In this document: positions 10,878 through 21,038 of the stretch, piece after piece
Position numbering within the stretch: the stretch's first letter is position 1
Layout of the letters: each line of letters begins with the position of its first letter
DNA from: Sedimentisphaerales bacterium
GTDB taxonomy: Bacteria; Planctomycetota; Phycisphaerae; Sedimentisphaerales; Anaerobacaceae
Length of the DNA stretch: 64,000 nt
Assembly (NCBI GenBank): GCA_050013675.1
Contig: JBEKEU010000006.1
Location: 84,477 to 148,476, forward strand
Direction of reading: 5' to 3'
Notes under the pieces: model-generated
Databases searched by the model: none
What the model was told of the DNA's origin: nothing
What the model saw: only the letters and a program-made list of their open reading frames with translations
Program-made: the position numbers and the translations under genes

Positions 10878-13160
10878 CTATCCGCCGCTATTTGGGTCTT
10901 CTGCCTCTTTAGCCGGACCAAACCGTTTGCCCCACCGGGCCAGGTGCTGATGCCACAAAGGCCGCTGGTCAGCCGACTTTATTCTCCGCAGTGATTTCAA
11001 CACCATATTGGGGTCTGACCCTTCCGACGGATTATCCAAAAACGCATCAATTGAACGAATAACCGCACTGTCGTTGCCCAAATCCTTTTCCAGCAAACAG
11101 TTACCAACAATCTGGGTCGCCGCCTCCACCTTTGGCCAGCGCAGATATACATCCACTAATTGCCCCAAAATCGCCTCTCTTTGCTCCGCGGTTTTGGCTG
11201 CCCCCCGCAACTTGCCCAAATACTCCGCCGCCTGCTCAAACTGCCCCGCCTTTGTGTAAAGCTGTGCCAGCTTTTCCCGGGTGGCCCTTACCATTTCCGC
11301 CTTGTTTTCCGCAACTGCTTTGCGTTCCGCCAGCTCAAAAAACGATACGCACTGTTCGTCGGACAGTTTCCCTTTGCCTGCCTGGGAATCAAATCTGCCA
11401 ATCCAGCTCTCAATAACATTGACGTCGCAGTTGTTAAATATCTTAAGCATCGCCTGCCACGCCGTCTTGCCTTCAGAATTAGCTCCCAGCTTGTCCCACA
11501 ACCACGACAGGTCGTCTTTGCCGCCCACTTCCCCCGCCAGTTCCATCACCCTGTCTCTGACAATCTGGCTGCGGTCACTGACAAAATCCTTCGCCAGCAA
11601 CTTGAGCGCCCTTGGCCTATCGACACAAATAAGGCCATCGACTGCCGCCTCCCTGACTAAGTCGCTTTCATCACTCAACGCCTGCTCGAAAAGCCCCGCG
11701 AATCGCTTGGCCGACTCCGGCTTGTAAACGTTCTGTCCGCACAATCGCGCCATTGTTCCCAGCAAATCACCCCGCAGCGCCCCATTGCCCTTGTCCCTGC
11801 CATATCTTTCGACAAGCATATCCATATATTTTACGACATCGTCAGCCGCAAGTCCGCCCGGCTCGAGCAGTTTTCTTATTACTTCGGCCCCCCTGTGCGC
11901 CTTTTTCGCATCCTCATCATTCAAGTACCCGGCAGCCCATTCCAGTGTCTGCCTGCGAAGCTCAGGCGAGAGCTGGCTGCCCGATGTCGGAACAAGCGCG
12001 TAATGGCACGCCGCGCCAAGGGCGACAAACAGCTCCGTCTTTACTTCTTCGTCCTGCTCAACCTTGAATTGCTCCGCCAGTCGCTCCGCCGAGCTTAATT
12101 CGCCCGTCAGCGAAAGCAGCTTCGCCGTCGCAAGACGCACGTCCCTGTTGTCGCTGGAAACCAGCTTTACCAAAACCGGGCCAAGCTCCGCGGGCAATTT
12201 CGATTGCGTCCCAATCCGCCACTGCGAAACCTTATCCAAAGCCCACAGCCGAATCATCGATTCGGAATTGTTCAATTGCTCTATCAGGAATTTACCTCGC
12301 TGCCCCTCCTCGCCAAGTCCCTCGTATATCCTGTCCAGCGAACCCAGATACAGTTTCCGCCACTGGTCACGTTCCTTCTCCAGGTCGTTTACCCGCGATT
12401 CCTGCCGAATAAGCCAGTCCCGCTGAAACCGTTCCATTCCGTTTGTTCGCAGGTCGCTCAAAATTTGTGCCCGTCTCCTCGCGTCCCTGCTGACGGGTAT
12501 GCCTAACGACCGAAGCGCATCACCTGCGGCGACTGAAACCTGCTTATCCTTGTCCTCTACAAGCTCAGCTATCCGCGTTATAGCTTTTATATCGAGCTGC
12601 ACCTTCATCGCGTATATCGCGTTTAATCGTGCCTTGACAGGCATCGATTCGTCCTTTGCCATTGGTTCCAGAATATTCGCTATCGTGTCATAATCGAAAA
12701 TCAGTAATGCCTCTGCTGCGAATTTGGCGGGATTTCCCTCTTCCGTTTTCAAAACATTCGCCAACGGCTCAATAAAATCATTCTTGTTCCTCACGGGCCG
12801 CCTGGTCTCCCTGCTTACTGTCAACGCCCTGCAAACCGCCATCCTCGCCTGCTTGTTTTCCGATTGTTTTAATGTATCTATCAGTATCTGCCTTGCGCGG
12901 GTGCTGTCACTGAAAAGCATCACCGTCGCAGCATCCAGACGCACATCTTCCGTGGCCCCTCGCAACAGCGACTCCTGGTTTACCTTCAGTTGCGTGTCCG
13001 TCTCACCTCTCGGCGTCGCCTCCGCCGTCGACACTATCGCGCTATCGACCCTGGTCGCCCCTTGCTGACATCCCGCCAAAACCAATAAAACCAACACCAG
13101 CAAATATGCTCGTTGTATCATTATTACCAACACTTTCTTGAAGTGGTTACTCATCGTCAC
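10878..13160 (-). CDS. HEAT/armadillo-repeat lipoprotein, function unknown
   Basis: 760 aa. N-terminal signal with lipobox LLVLAGC. Repeated HEAT-like units (e.g. DVRLATAKLLS, LVREAAVDGL, MPVKARLNAIYA). Confidence 0.6.
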   Translation of the reverse strand: MTMSNHFKKVLVIMIQRAYLLVLVLLVLAGCQQGATRVDSAIVSTAEATPRGETDTQLKVNQESLLRGATEDVRLDAATVMLFSDSTRARQILIDTLKQSENKQARMAVCRALTVSRETRRPVRNKNDFIEPLANVLKTEEGNPAKFAAEALLIFDYDTIANILEPMAKDESMPVKARLNAIYAMKVQLDIKAITRIAELVEDKDKQVSVAAGDALRSLGIPVSRDARRRAQILSDLRTNGMERFQRDWLIRQESRVNDLEKERDQWRKLYLGSLDRIYEGLGEEGQRGKFLIEQLNNSESMIRLWALDKVSQWRIGTQSKLPAELGPVLVKLVSSDNRDVRLATAKLLSLTGELSSAERLAEQFKVEQDEEVKTELFVALGAACHYALVPTSGSQLSPELRRQTLEWAAGYLNDEDAKKAHRGAEVIRKLLEPGGLAADDVVKYMDMLVERYGRDKGNGALRGDLLGTMARLCGQNVYKPESAKRFAGLFEQALSDESDLVREAAVDGLICVDRPRALKLLAKDFVSDRSQIVRDRVMELAGEVGGKDDLSWLWDKLGANSEGKTAWQAMLKIFNNCDVNVIESWIGRFDSQAGKGKLSDEQCVSFFELAERKAVAENKAEMVRATREKLAQLYTKAGQFEQAAEYLGKLRGAAKTAEQREAILGQLVDVYLRWPKVEAATQIVGNCLLEKDLGNDSAVIRSIDAFLDNPSEGSDPNMVLKSLRRIKSADQRPLWHQHLARWGKRFGPAKEAEDPNSGG

Positions 13161-13233
13161 GGCCTTTGATCACGATAATAAACCCGCATTACCACACACG
13201 TCAACTGCCGATTCCGAAATAGTCCTATAAAAT

Positions 13234-14172
13234 CTATGGCCGCGGGTGAAATTTTCTGTGAATCTCCCGTAACCTCTCCTGGTCAACGTGCGTGTAAATC
13301 TGCGTTGTCGATATATCCACGTGCCCAAGCATTTCCTGAACGCTCCTCAAGTCCGCCCCGCCTGCCAGTAGGTGCGTCGCGAAACAATGTCTCAGCGTAT
13401 GCACCGTCAAATTTTTCGGCATCCCGGCGCGGGCCGCGTATCTTTTGATAAGACGCCAGATTTCGATACGGCCCATAGGCCTGCCTGTTCGACTCAATAG
13501 TAAAAAATCTCCGCTAAACGACTTTGCCAACCTCGGCCTCATATCTTTTAGGTACTCCCGCGTCGCGGCAGCCGCCACCCTGCCAAGCGGAATTACCCGT
13601 TCCCTGCTGCCTTTGCCTATACATCGCAAATACCCCACGTCGAGATTCAAATCCGATATCTTCAAGCCCGCAACCTCGCTGGCCCGGACCCCGGTCGCGT
13701 AAAGCAATTCCAGAATCGCCTTATCGCGCAGGTAATACTTCTCTTTCGGCGACGGCGCCCCCAGCAAATCCACTACCTGTTTCTTGGAGCATATAATCGG
13801 CAGCCGTTGCCAGAGCTTGGGCCCTTCCAGAATCCCCGTAAAATCATCCTCAACCAGCCCGTTTAGCTTGCCAAACCGCAAAAACATCCGAATCGCTACC
13901 AGCGCCCTCTTGGCCGAGGCCTCCGCCCTGTCGCCCTTTGCCAGCGTTATCATATATTTCTGTATCAGAGCAGGCGTAATCTGTTTCGGTTCGCTAACCT
14001 TGCCGGATTTACAGAATTCCAGGAAATCCCTCAAATCCCGTCCATAACCCTGAATTGTGTTGTCAGACAACCCCCCCTCGACTGTCAGGTAACCCAAAAA
14101 GTCCCGAACCAGCCGACCCAATGGCAATTCGTCAAGTTTGTTCGCAATTGTCTGTGTCTGAACTGAAGGCAT
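13234..14172 (-). CDS. xerD: tyrosine site-specific recombinase, XerC/XerD family
   Basis: 312 aa. C-terminal HTLRHCFATHLLAGGADLRSVQEMLGHVDISTTQIYTHV contains the R..HxxR..Y catalytic set. XerC versus XerD cannot be separated by eye. Confidence 0.85.
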   Translation of the reverse strand: MPSVQTQTIANKLDELPLGRLVRDFLGYLTVEGGLSDNTIQGYGRDLRDFLEFCKSGKVSEPKQITPALIQKYMITLAKGDRAEASAKRALVAIRMFLRFGKLNGLVEDDFTGILEGPKLWQRLPIICSKKQVVDLLGAPSPKEKYYLRDKAILELLYATGVRASEVAGLKISDLNLDVGYLRCIGKGSRERVIPLGRVAAAATREYLKDMRPRLAKSFSGDFLLLSRTGRPMGRIEIWRLIKRYAARAGMPKNLTVHTLRHCFATHLLAGGADLRSVQEMLGHVDISTTQIYTHVDQERLREIHRKFHPRP

Positions 14173-14301
14173 AGAGATTCCACGTTAATACTATATATTA
14201 ACTTCATCGACCATTATTCAAAAAACCCTTTAACACCGCTTCACACTTACAATATAATCACCCGCAGATGCCGAATTGACGGAATGATTGAGGTATTAAG
14301 A

Positions 14302-14880
14302 ATGAATAAATCGATATTGAACAAATTGTTTGCCTGCTCGCTGCTCTTTTGGCTGGCTGGCTGTGCGGAAAACAAATACACAAAGACAATAGAACAACTC
14401 TGCCCGCCGGCTGCGACCAAAACAGGCGTGATGACAGCCGCAGAACAGGTGCTCGCCGGGATGCACTTTGGTATTGAAAAGTTCGATGTCGAGGCCGGCT
14501 ATATAAGAACCGCTCCGCTTTCAGGTGCACAGTCATTTGAATTATGGCGTTCAGACAGCGTCGGCTCATTCAACCAGACCGAAGCCGACCTGCACAGTAC
14601 CCGCAGGGCCGTCGAAATCAATATAAGCGAACAAACCGGACAACTCTGCATCAACTGCAGAGCAACTACTCAACGGCTGAGCTTGCCCCAAAGTACCGCC
14701 GGACAGAACCGTCCCGTAATGTCCCCGGACCAAAGGTCCGTCCAAAAGTTAAAACTCGGCCGCGAGCAGAAAGCAAACCTGACCTGGACAGACCTCGGCA
14801 GGGATAACCAACTCGAAACAGAGATTTTGAAACGCATCGAGAAACAACTCGCAGCGACTAAGAAGGAACAAAACAAATGA
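14302..14880 (+). CDS. hypothetical lipoprotein
   Basis: Start moved to ATG at 14302 (GAGG 8 nt upstream). MNKSILNKLFACSLLFWLAGC lipobox. No recognisable family. Confidence 0.55.
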   Translation: MNKSILNKLFACSLLFWLAGCAENKYTKTIEQLCPPAATKTGVMTAAEQVLAGMHFGIEKFDVEAGYIRTAPLSGAQSFELWRSDSVGSFNQTEADLHSTRRAVEINISEQTGQLCINCRATTQRLSLPQSTAGQNRPVMSPDQRSVQKLKLGREQKANLTWTDLGRDNQLETEILKRIEKQLAATKKEQNK

Positions 14881-15878
14881 GAATACTCGTCGCCGGCGGA
14901 GCCGGGTACATCGGAAGCAATATGGCGGCATGTCTGGCCGCCGAAGGCCATCAGCCAATCATCTACGACAATCTAAGCAAGGGACATACGGCCGCGATAA
15001 AAGGACGCAAGTTCGTAAAAGGTGATTTGGCGGATTTAAATCTGCTGACCGCGACCCTCAAAAAACACAAAATAGAAGCTGTGATGCACTTCGCCGCATT
15101 CATCGAAGCGGGTGAATCCGTAACCAATCCCCTCAAGTACTATCAAAACAATGTCTCCAATACACAGACGCTTCTCAGCGCAATGGAATCAGCGGGCGTA
15201 GGTAAATTCGTATTCAGCAGCACCGCCGCGGTTTATGGAATGCCCGACAAACAGCCAATCACCGAAGAAATGCCTAAAAATCCAATCAACCCATACGGCG
15301 AGACAAAATTGGCCGCCGAAAAAATGTGTCACCATCAGGCCGTCGCAGGCAAATTACATTTCGTCGCGCTTCGATATTTCAATGCCTGCGGCTCAGGCAA
15401 CAACTGCGCCCTCGGCGAAGACCATAAGCCAGAGTCGCACTTAATCCCGCTGACGATTTTCGCGGCTATGGGCAAAACGGACGCAATCAAAATCTTCGGC
15501 TCCGATTATCCAACCGACAACGGCACCTGCATCCGCGATTATATTCACGTCGAAGACCTCTGCCTGGCACATCTGCTCGCGTTGAAAAAACTCGATAAGC
15601 AGGCCGAATCGATTTACAACCTCGGCAACGGAAAGGGTTATTCTGTCCGACAGGTGATTGATACCGTAAAAAAGGTGTCGGGGAAAAGCTTCAAAGTTAT
15701 CGAATCGCCTCGCAGGTCGGGAGACCCGCCGGTGCTTGTCTGCGATTCCACAAAAGCCAGAACCGAACTCGGCTGGCAGCCCAAATGGACAAACCTCGAA
15801 AAAATCGTCGCCTCCGCCTGGAAGTGGCACAGCAAATATCCGAACGGATACGCTGAACAGAAAGACAAATGCGAATGA
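14877..15878 (+). CDS. galE: UDP-glucose 4-epimerase
   Basis: 333 aa. N-terminal GGAGYIGS Rossmann motif and a YGxxK-type active site (YGETKLAAEK). Overlaps the upstream stop by 4 nt. Confidence 0.9.
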   Translation: MRILVAGGAGYIGSNMAACLAAEGHQPIIYDNLSKGHTAAIKGRKFVKGDLADLNLLTATLKKHKIEAVMHFAAFIEAGESVTNPLKYYQNNVSNTQTLLSAMESAGVGKFVFSSTAAVYGMPDKQPITEEMPKNPINPYGETKLAAEKMCHHQAVAGKLHFVALRYFNACGSGNNCALGEDHKPESHLIPLTIFAAMGKTDAIKIFGSDYPTDNGTCIRDYIHVEDLCLAHLLALKKLDKQAESIYNLGNGKGYSVRQVIDTVKKVSGKSFKVIESPRRSGDPPVLVCDSTKARTELGWQPKWTNLEKIVASAWKWHSKYPNGYAEQKDKCE

Positions 15879-17212
15879 AAAAAATAAAGCAAAATGTCAC
15901 CCGCTTCCTTAGAAAACACCAGATGGATTATCTCGATGTCGATATCGACCTGGTGATTGACTCGTTTCTGTCCGAAATGCAGCGAGGATTAGCCGGCAAA
16001 AAAAGCACCCTCGATATGATTCCCACCTATATCGAAGTCGGGGCGGATGTCCCCACGAACAAACGCGTAATCGTCGTTGACGCGGGCGGCACAAACTTCC
16101 GGGTCGCAACCGTTTATTTCGACGACCAGAAAATAGCGGCAATCGAAAACCTGCGCCTGTATAAAATGCCAGGCGTCCAGCACGAAATCGGCAAAGACGA
16201 ATTCTTCAAAATTATGGCCGGCTATCTGAAAGACGTAGTAGCCGCTTCACAGAATATCGGCTTCTGTTTTTCATACGCCGTCGAAATGTTCCCCAACAAA
16301 GACGGCCGGCTGATACGATTCTCAAAAGAAATAAAAGCCAAAGACGTCGTCGGTCAATTCATCGGCGAAAACCTCAACCGCGCGCTTGCCTCTATGGGCC
16401 TCGGAGGCAATAAAAAAATCATCCTCCTCAACGACACCGTCGTTACCCTTCTCGCGGGCGTCGGCTATCAGAACCGTTCCTTCGGCTCATACATCGGCTT
16501 CATCTTAGGCACCGGCACCAATACCTGCTACGTCGAAAAAAACAGCAACATCAAAAAAACGCTCGTCCGCCGTAGCGTAAGCGAAGGCGGAAAGAATCTC
16601 GACCTTTTGAAAAGTCAGATTATCAACACCGAATCCGGCAACTTCGGCAGAATCAAACAGGGTAAAATCGACGCCGCCTTCGATAAATCCACCGTCAACC
16701 CCGCCGTCCATAAATTCGAGAAGATGATTTCCGGCGCATACCTCGGCCCCCTGTGTCTGGCCACAATTCACAAGGCCTGCGATGACGGCCTGTTCTCGAC
16801 CGCCGTCGCAAACGCACTTTGGCAGATACCTGAACTCGACACAAAAGATATGAACGCCTTTCTGCTCTATCCCTATGGCAACAACCCCCTCGCCGACGCA
16901 GCCAAACAGGGCAATGCCGACGACTCCCTTACCTTATATTATATAGCTGACCGCCTAACCGAACGCGCCGCCAAACTAACCGCGATTAACCTCTCCGCTA
17001 TGGCAATCAAATCCGGCTCCGGCACCGACCCCTCGCGCCCAATCTGCATCGTCGCCGAAGGCACAACCTTTTACCAGATGAAGGGCTTAAAGAATCGTGT
17101 CGAGTTCTACCTCAAACAATACCTCGAAAACAAGTTCGGTATTCATTACGAGATTATCAGCGTCGATAATGCCACCCTCATCGGCTCCGCAATCGCGGGT
17201 TTAACAAATTGA
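15869..17212 (+). CDS. hexokinase-family sugar kinase
   Basis: 447 aa. Hexokinase motifs VVDAGGTNFRVA, LLNDTVVTLLAG, GFILGTGTN. Start could instead be ATG at 15875 (ATGA overlap with the galE stop). Confidence 0.75.
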   Translation: MRMKKIKQNVTRFLRKHQMDYLDVDIDLVIDSFLSEMQRGLAGKKSTLDMIPTYIEVGADVPTNKRVIVVDAGGTNFRVATVYFDDQKIAAIENLRLYKMPGVQHEIGKDEFFKIMAGYLKDVVAASQNIGFCFSYAVEMFPNKDGRLIRFSKEIKAKDVVGQFIGENLNRALASMGLGGNKKIILLNDTVVTLLAGVGYQNRSFGSYIGFILGTGTNTCYVEKNSNIKKTLVRRSVSEGGKNLDLLKSQIINTESGNFGRIKQGKIDAAFDKSTVNPAVHKFEKMISGAYLGPLCLATIHKACDDGLFSTAVANALWQIPELDTKDMNAFLLYPYGNNPLADAAKQGNADDSLTLYYIADRLTERAAKLTAINLSAMAIKSGSGTDPSRPICIVAEGTTFYQMKGLKNRVEFYLKQYLENKFGIHYEIISVDNATLIGSAIAGLTN

Positions 17213-17318
17213 CGTAAAATATGTCACGCTGAAAAAGCGAGAGTTGCGGATATGTGGAACCCAGCTTAACCACTAAAATCGTATTCATTGTGCCCCTTTG
17301 CGTTATCAAAAAGAGCTT

Positions 17319-18560
17319 TTATAAATCGTTGTCCAAGATGTGGCCGAAGCGATATTTCTTGGTGCGCAGATAGTCGATATTGTGGGGCGTTGGGGCCGCC
17401 TGAAGAGGAATCTGCTCGACAATTTTTATGCCGTAAACTTCGAGCCGATTGATTTTCTTCGGGTTATTGGTAAGGATTTTAATCTGCTTAAGGCCCAGGT
17501 CGCGGAGAATCTGTGCGCCTATGCCGTAGTCGCGTTTGTCGGGCGAAAAGCCCAGCTCGATATTCGCATCAACGGTATCAAAGCCCTGCTCCTGGAGCTT
17601 ATACGCGTGCAGTTTATTTGTCAGGCCAATTCCCCTGCCTTCCTGCCGGAGGTAAACAAGTGCGCCTTTACCAGCTTTTTCAATCATCTGTAACGCGGCT
17701 TCCAACTGCCTGCCGCATTCGCATCGCTGCGAGCGGAACAAGTCCCCCGTCATACATTCCGAGTGCACCCGGACAAGAACCGGCTCATCGTACTGAACCG
17801 GCTTACCCGACTCATCCAAGTCGCCTACACCGCCTTTGCAAATCGCAAGATGCGGCTCAGGCGAGGAAAGCGATTCGTAAGCGATGAGTTTGAAATCCCC
17901 AAAATCGGTCGGCAAATGCACCGCCTCGACCCGCTTGACCTGCGTCTCCCGTTGCAGCCGGTATTCAATCAGCTTGGCGATTGAGGTAATTCTCAGGTTA
18001 TGCTTTTTGCAAAATTCAAGCAGTTGCGGCACACGGGCCATCGACCCGTCGTCGTTCATAATCTCGCAAATCACCGCCGCGGGCTTCATCCCAGCTAATC
18101 GCATCAGGTCAATCGCACCTTCGGTCTGTCCCGCGCGAACAAGAACCCCGCCCTCACGAGCGCGAAGCGGAAATATATGCCCCGGACGAGCAAAATCAGC
18201 GGGCCTCGTTTTATTGGCAATCGCCGTCTGTATTGTGTGCGCCCTGTCTGCCGCACTGATACCCGTGGTAATACCTTCAGCCGCGTCGATACTGACCGTG
18301 AAGGCGGTATGCATTCGTGCGGTGTTGTCCTGAACCTGCGGATGAAGCGCGAGGGCGTCGCATTTCTCGCCCGTTAAAGGCAGACAGATTAACCCCCGCC
18401 CGAATTTCGCCATAAAATTAATAATCTGCGGCGTAACCTTCTCCGCGGCGCAGACAAGGTCGCCCTCGTTCTCGCGGTCCTCATCATCCACAAGGATAAT
18501 CATTTTGCCCGCGCGAAGCTCGTCAAGCACTTCCGGTATCTGGCTAAAATTCACTGACAT
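17319..18560 (-). CDS. ribBA: bifunctional 3,4-dihydroxy-2-butanone-4-phosphate synthase / GTP cyclohydrolase II
   Basis: [11 protein letters not shown] (RibB) and [24 protein letters not shown] (RibA) motifs. Start set to ATG at 18560; the track start at 18596 is TTG. Start is uncertain. Confidence 0.92.
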   Translation of the reverse strand: MSVNFSQIPEVLDELRAGKMIILVDDEDRENEGDLVCAAEKVTPQIINFMAKFGRGLICLPLTGEKCDALALHPQVQDNTARMHTAFTVSIDAAEGITTGISAADRAHTIQTAIANKTRPADFARPGHIFPLRAREGGVLVRAGQTEGAIDLMRLAGMKPAAVICEIMNDDGSMARVPQLLEFCKKHNLRITSIAKLIEYRLQRETQVKRVEAVHLPTDFGDFKLIAYESLSSPEPHLAICKGGVGDLDESGKPVQYDEPVLVRVHSECMTGDLFRSQRCECGRQLEAALQMIEKAGKGALVYLRQEGRGIGLTNKLHAYKLQEQGFDTVDANIELGFSPDKRDYGIGAQILRDLGLKQIKILTNNPKKINRLEVYGIKIVEQIPLQAAPTPHNIDYLRTKKYRFGHILDNDL

Positions 18561-18618
18561 ATAATAAGGATTAGCAGGAATAAGGCGTTTGGTCAAGGGT
18601 TTGGCTGCCCTTCGCCGA

Positions 18619-20037
18619 TTAGCGGGACAGGTATTTGTGAATATTCTGGGCGGCCTTTTTGCCGTCGCCCATCGCCAATATGACCGTCGCCGCGCCGCGG
18701 ACGATGTCTCCGCCCGCGAATACCCCGGGGATACTGGTCATAAGATTCTCGTCGGTCTCAATATAGCCCCACTTGTTGAGTTTCAGGCCCGGAGTGGTCT
18801 TGGTCAGCAGCGGATTTGCGCCGATACCTATCGCTACAATAACGAGGTCGCAGTCGATTACGAATTCCGAGCCGGGGATTGGAACGGGCCGCCGTCTGCC
18901 CGAAGCATCCGGCTCGCCCAACTGCATCCTGATACACTTTAGCCCCCGCACCCAGCCGTCTTTGTCGCCGAGAACTTCCAGCGGCGCGGTGAGCATCTCG
19001 AACCTGATTGTTTCCTCTTCCGCGTGATGAACTTCCTCGACCCGCGCGGGCATTTCTTTTCTGCTGCGACGATAAACAATTATGCTCTCGTCCGCGCCCA
19101 ATCGTTTGCTCGTTCGCACCGCGTCCATAGCGGTATTGCCGCCGCCGATAACGCAAACGCGTTTACCCCGTATAATCGGCGTATCGGATTCAGGATTGTA
19201 TGCCTCCATAAGATTGGCTCGCGTGAGATATTCATTGGCGGAATATACGCCCTTGAAGTTCTCGCCGGGGACATTCATAAACTCAGGCAGCCCCGCGCCG
19301 ACTGCCACAAAAACCGCGTCGAATTTCTCATCATTTATAAGCTGCGGGATTGTTACCGTCCTGCCCACGATAACGTTGGTCTCGATATTGACGCCGAGGG
19401 CCTTGAGATTTCGGATTTCGGCATCGACGATTTTCTTGGGCATACGAAATTCCGGTATGCCATAAACAAGCACGCCGCCCGCCTTGTGAAACGCCTCAAA
19501 GACAGTTACATCGTAACCAAGTTTGGCCAGCTGACCCGCACAGGTAATACCTGCCGGGCCGGAACCGATACACGCTACTTTTTTGCCTGTCTTCTTTATA
19601 GCAGCCACCTTGTTTTTCGACGAGTGCTGCATCTGATAATCAGCTACGAACCGTTCAAGCCAGCCGATGGCGACGGGTGCATCACTTTTACACCGTACGC
19701 AGCACGCCTCGCACTGAATTTCCTGCGGGCAAACCCGACCCGTCACCGCGGGCAGGTCGTTATCTTTGCGAACCAGCTCCGCCGCGGCGAGAAAATCACC
19801 TTCCGCGACGAGCTTTGCAAAACCAGGTATATCGATACCGACGGGACAGCCGGAGATACATTTGGTATTTTTGCACTGAAGGCATCGCTGCGCCTCGCGG
19901 ATTGCGACCTGCTCAGCCAGCCCCAGGTTGACTTCTTTAAAGTCCCTGCTGCGTTCGATGCCGTCACGCTGCGGCATCTGCTGTCGCGGTATCGCCATCC
20001 GTTCTTTCGCGGTCAATTTGTTCGGTTCACTGCTCAC
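18619..20037 (-). CDS. GltD-like NADPH-dependent oxidoreductase, beta subunit (NfnB/SudA-type)
   Basis: 472 aa. N-terminal 2x[4Fe-4S]-type Cys cluster (CLQCKNTKCISGCP), two dinucleotide folds (CIGSGPAGITCA, VIGGGNTAMD). Paired with a PyrK-like subunit. Confidence 0.85.
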   Translation of the reverse strand: MSSEPNKLTAKERMAIPRQQMPQRDGIERSRDFKEVNLGLAEQVAIREAQRCLQCKNTKCISGCPVGIDIPGFAKLVAEGDFLAAAELVRKDNDLPAVTGRVCPQEIQCEACCVRCKSDAPVAIGWLERFVADYQMQHSSKNKVAAIKKTGKKVACIGSGPAGITCAGQLAKLGYDVTVFEAFHKAGGVLVYGIPEFRMPKKIVDAEIRNLKALGVNIETNVIVGRTVTIPQLINDEKFDAVFVAVGAGLPEFMNVPGENFKGVYSANEYLTRANLMEAYNPESDTPIIRGKRVCVIGGGNTAMDAVRTSKRLGADESIIVYRRSRKEMPARVEEVHHAEEETIRFEMLTAPLEVLGDKDGWVRGLKCIRMQLGEPDASGRRRPVPIPGSEFVIDCDLVIVAIGIGANPLLTKTTPGLKLNKWGYIETDENLMTSIPGVFAGGDIVRGAATVILAMGDGKKAAQNIHKYLSR

Positions 20038-20879
20038 TTGTTACCTTGCAAAAGTTTACATTTATGCTCTTCGTATTTTTTGTTTTCGTGTCCCTTATAG
20101 GTCTTCAGTCGGTCCATCAACTCATTGAAATCAACCTTGTGGCCGTCGAATTCGGGGCCATCGACACAGGCAAATTTGCGTTTGCCGTCAATTGTTACCC
20201 GGCAGCCGCCGCACATCCCCGTCCCGTCAACCATCACAGGATTCAAACTTACGATAGTTGGGATATTCAAAGGCCGCGTCAACTCCGCTACCGCCTTCAT
20301 CATTATTACAGGTCCCGCGCAGTAAACAGCATCGACTTTCCCATTGGGAGTTTCGATTAGTTCCCGCAGCGCATCAGTTACGAGTCCTTTTTTGCCCGAT
20401 GAGCCATCGTCGGTTATGACAATCAACTGGTCGCTTGTCGAACCAAGTAATTGTTCGAGAATGACTAATTCTTTGGTGCGTGCGCCGATTATGCTGACTA
20501 TTCTGTTCCCCGCCTGCCGCAGAGCAACCGCCTGCGGATACACGACCGCAGTTCCCAGCCCGCCTCCGATTACCGCCACTGTTCCATACTTGGCGATATG
20601 ACTTGGCTGGCCCAACGGCCCCGCCACGTCGCAAAATGAATCGCCCTTTTTCAATTTTGACATCTCTAAAGTGCTTTTGCCGACCGTCTGCACAATCAGC
20701 GTGATAGTGCCTGTCCTGGTATTAACGTCTGCTATCGTCAGCGGTATGCGTTCGGAATGTTCCAGGCCCCGGACGATTACAAACTGCCCGCACAGCCGGG
20801 ATTTGGCGACTCGCGGTGCTTTTATCTCATACCGGGTTACGTTTGGCCCGAGCGTCTGTTTTTCCACAATTTCAAACAT
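20034..20879 (-). CDS. PyrK-like FAD/[2Fe-2S] electron-transfer subunit (NfnA/SudB-type)
   Basis: 281 aa. Ferredoxin-reductase-like fold with C-terminal CGGCRV...C cluster. Overlaps the partner gene by 4 nt. Confidence 0.8.
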   Translation of the reverse strand: MFEIVEKQTLGPNVTRYEIKAPRVAKSRLCGQFVIVRGLEHSERIPLTIADVNTRTGTITLIVQTVGKSTLEMSKLKKGDSFCDVAGPLGQPSHIAKYGTVAVIGGGLGTAVVYPQAVALRQAGNRIVSIIGARTKELVILEQLLGSTSDQLIVITDDGSSGKKGLVTDALRELIETPNGKVDAVYCAGPVIMMKAVAELTRPLNIPTIVSLNPVMVDGTGMCGGCRVTIDGKRKFACVDGPEFDGHKVDFNELMDRLKTYKGHENKKYEEHKCKLLQGNK

Positions 20880-21038
20880 CTATTTGGCAACTCCTGCCAT
20901 AATAACGAATAAAAACCCACAGAGAACAAAGGATTATACCCTTATTGCCTCCTCAACAAAAATTAAAAATGCAGGTCAAACCCATTAGAGGTTCTTATAT
21001 TGATACGTTTGGGAAATAAAGGTGGATACCTGTGATTC

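Noticed and set aside
13234-14172. XerD-like recombinase as the integrase of the defence island
   Set aside because: It lies 37 kb away in a housekeeping context with no flanking repeats. It is most likely the chromosomal dimer-resolution recombinase, not an island integrase.
19024-20100. 358-aa plus-strand ORF
   Set aside because: Antisense to the GltD-like gene, whose Fe-S and dinucleotide motifs are unambiguous on the minus strand.
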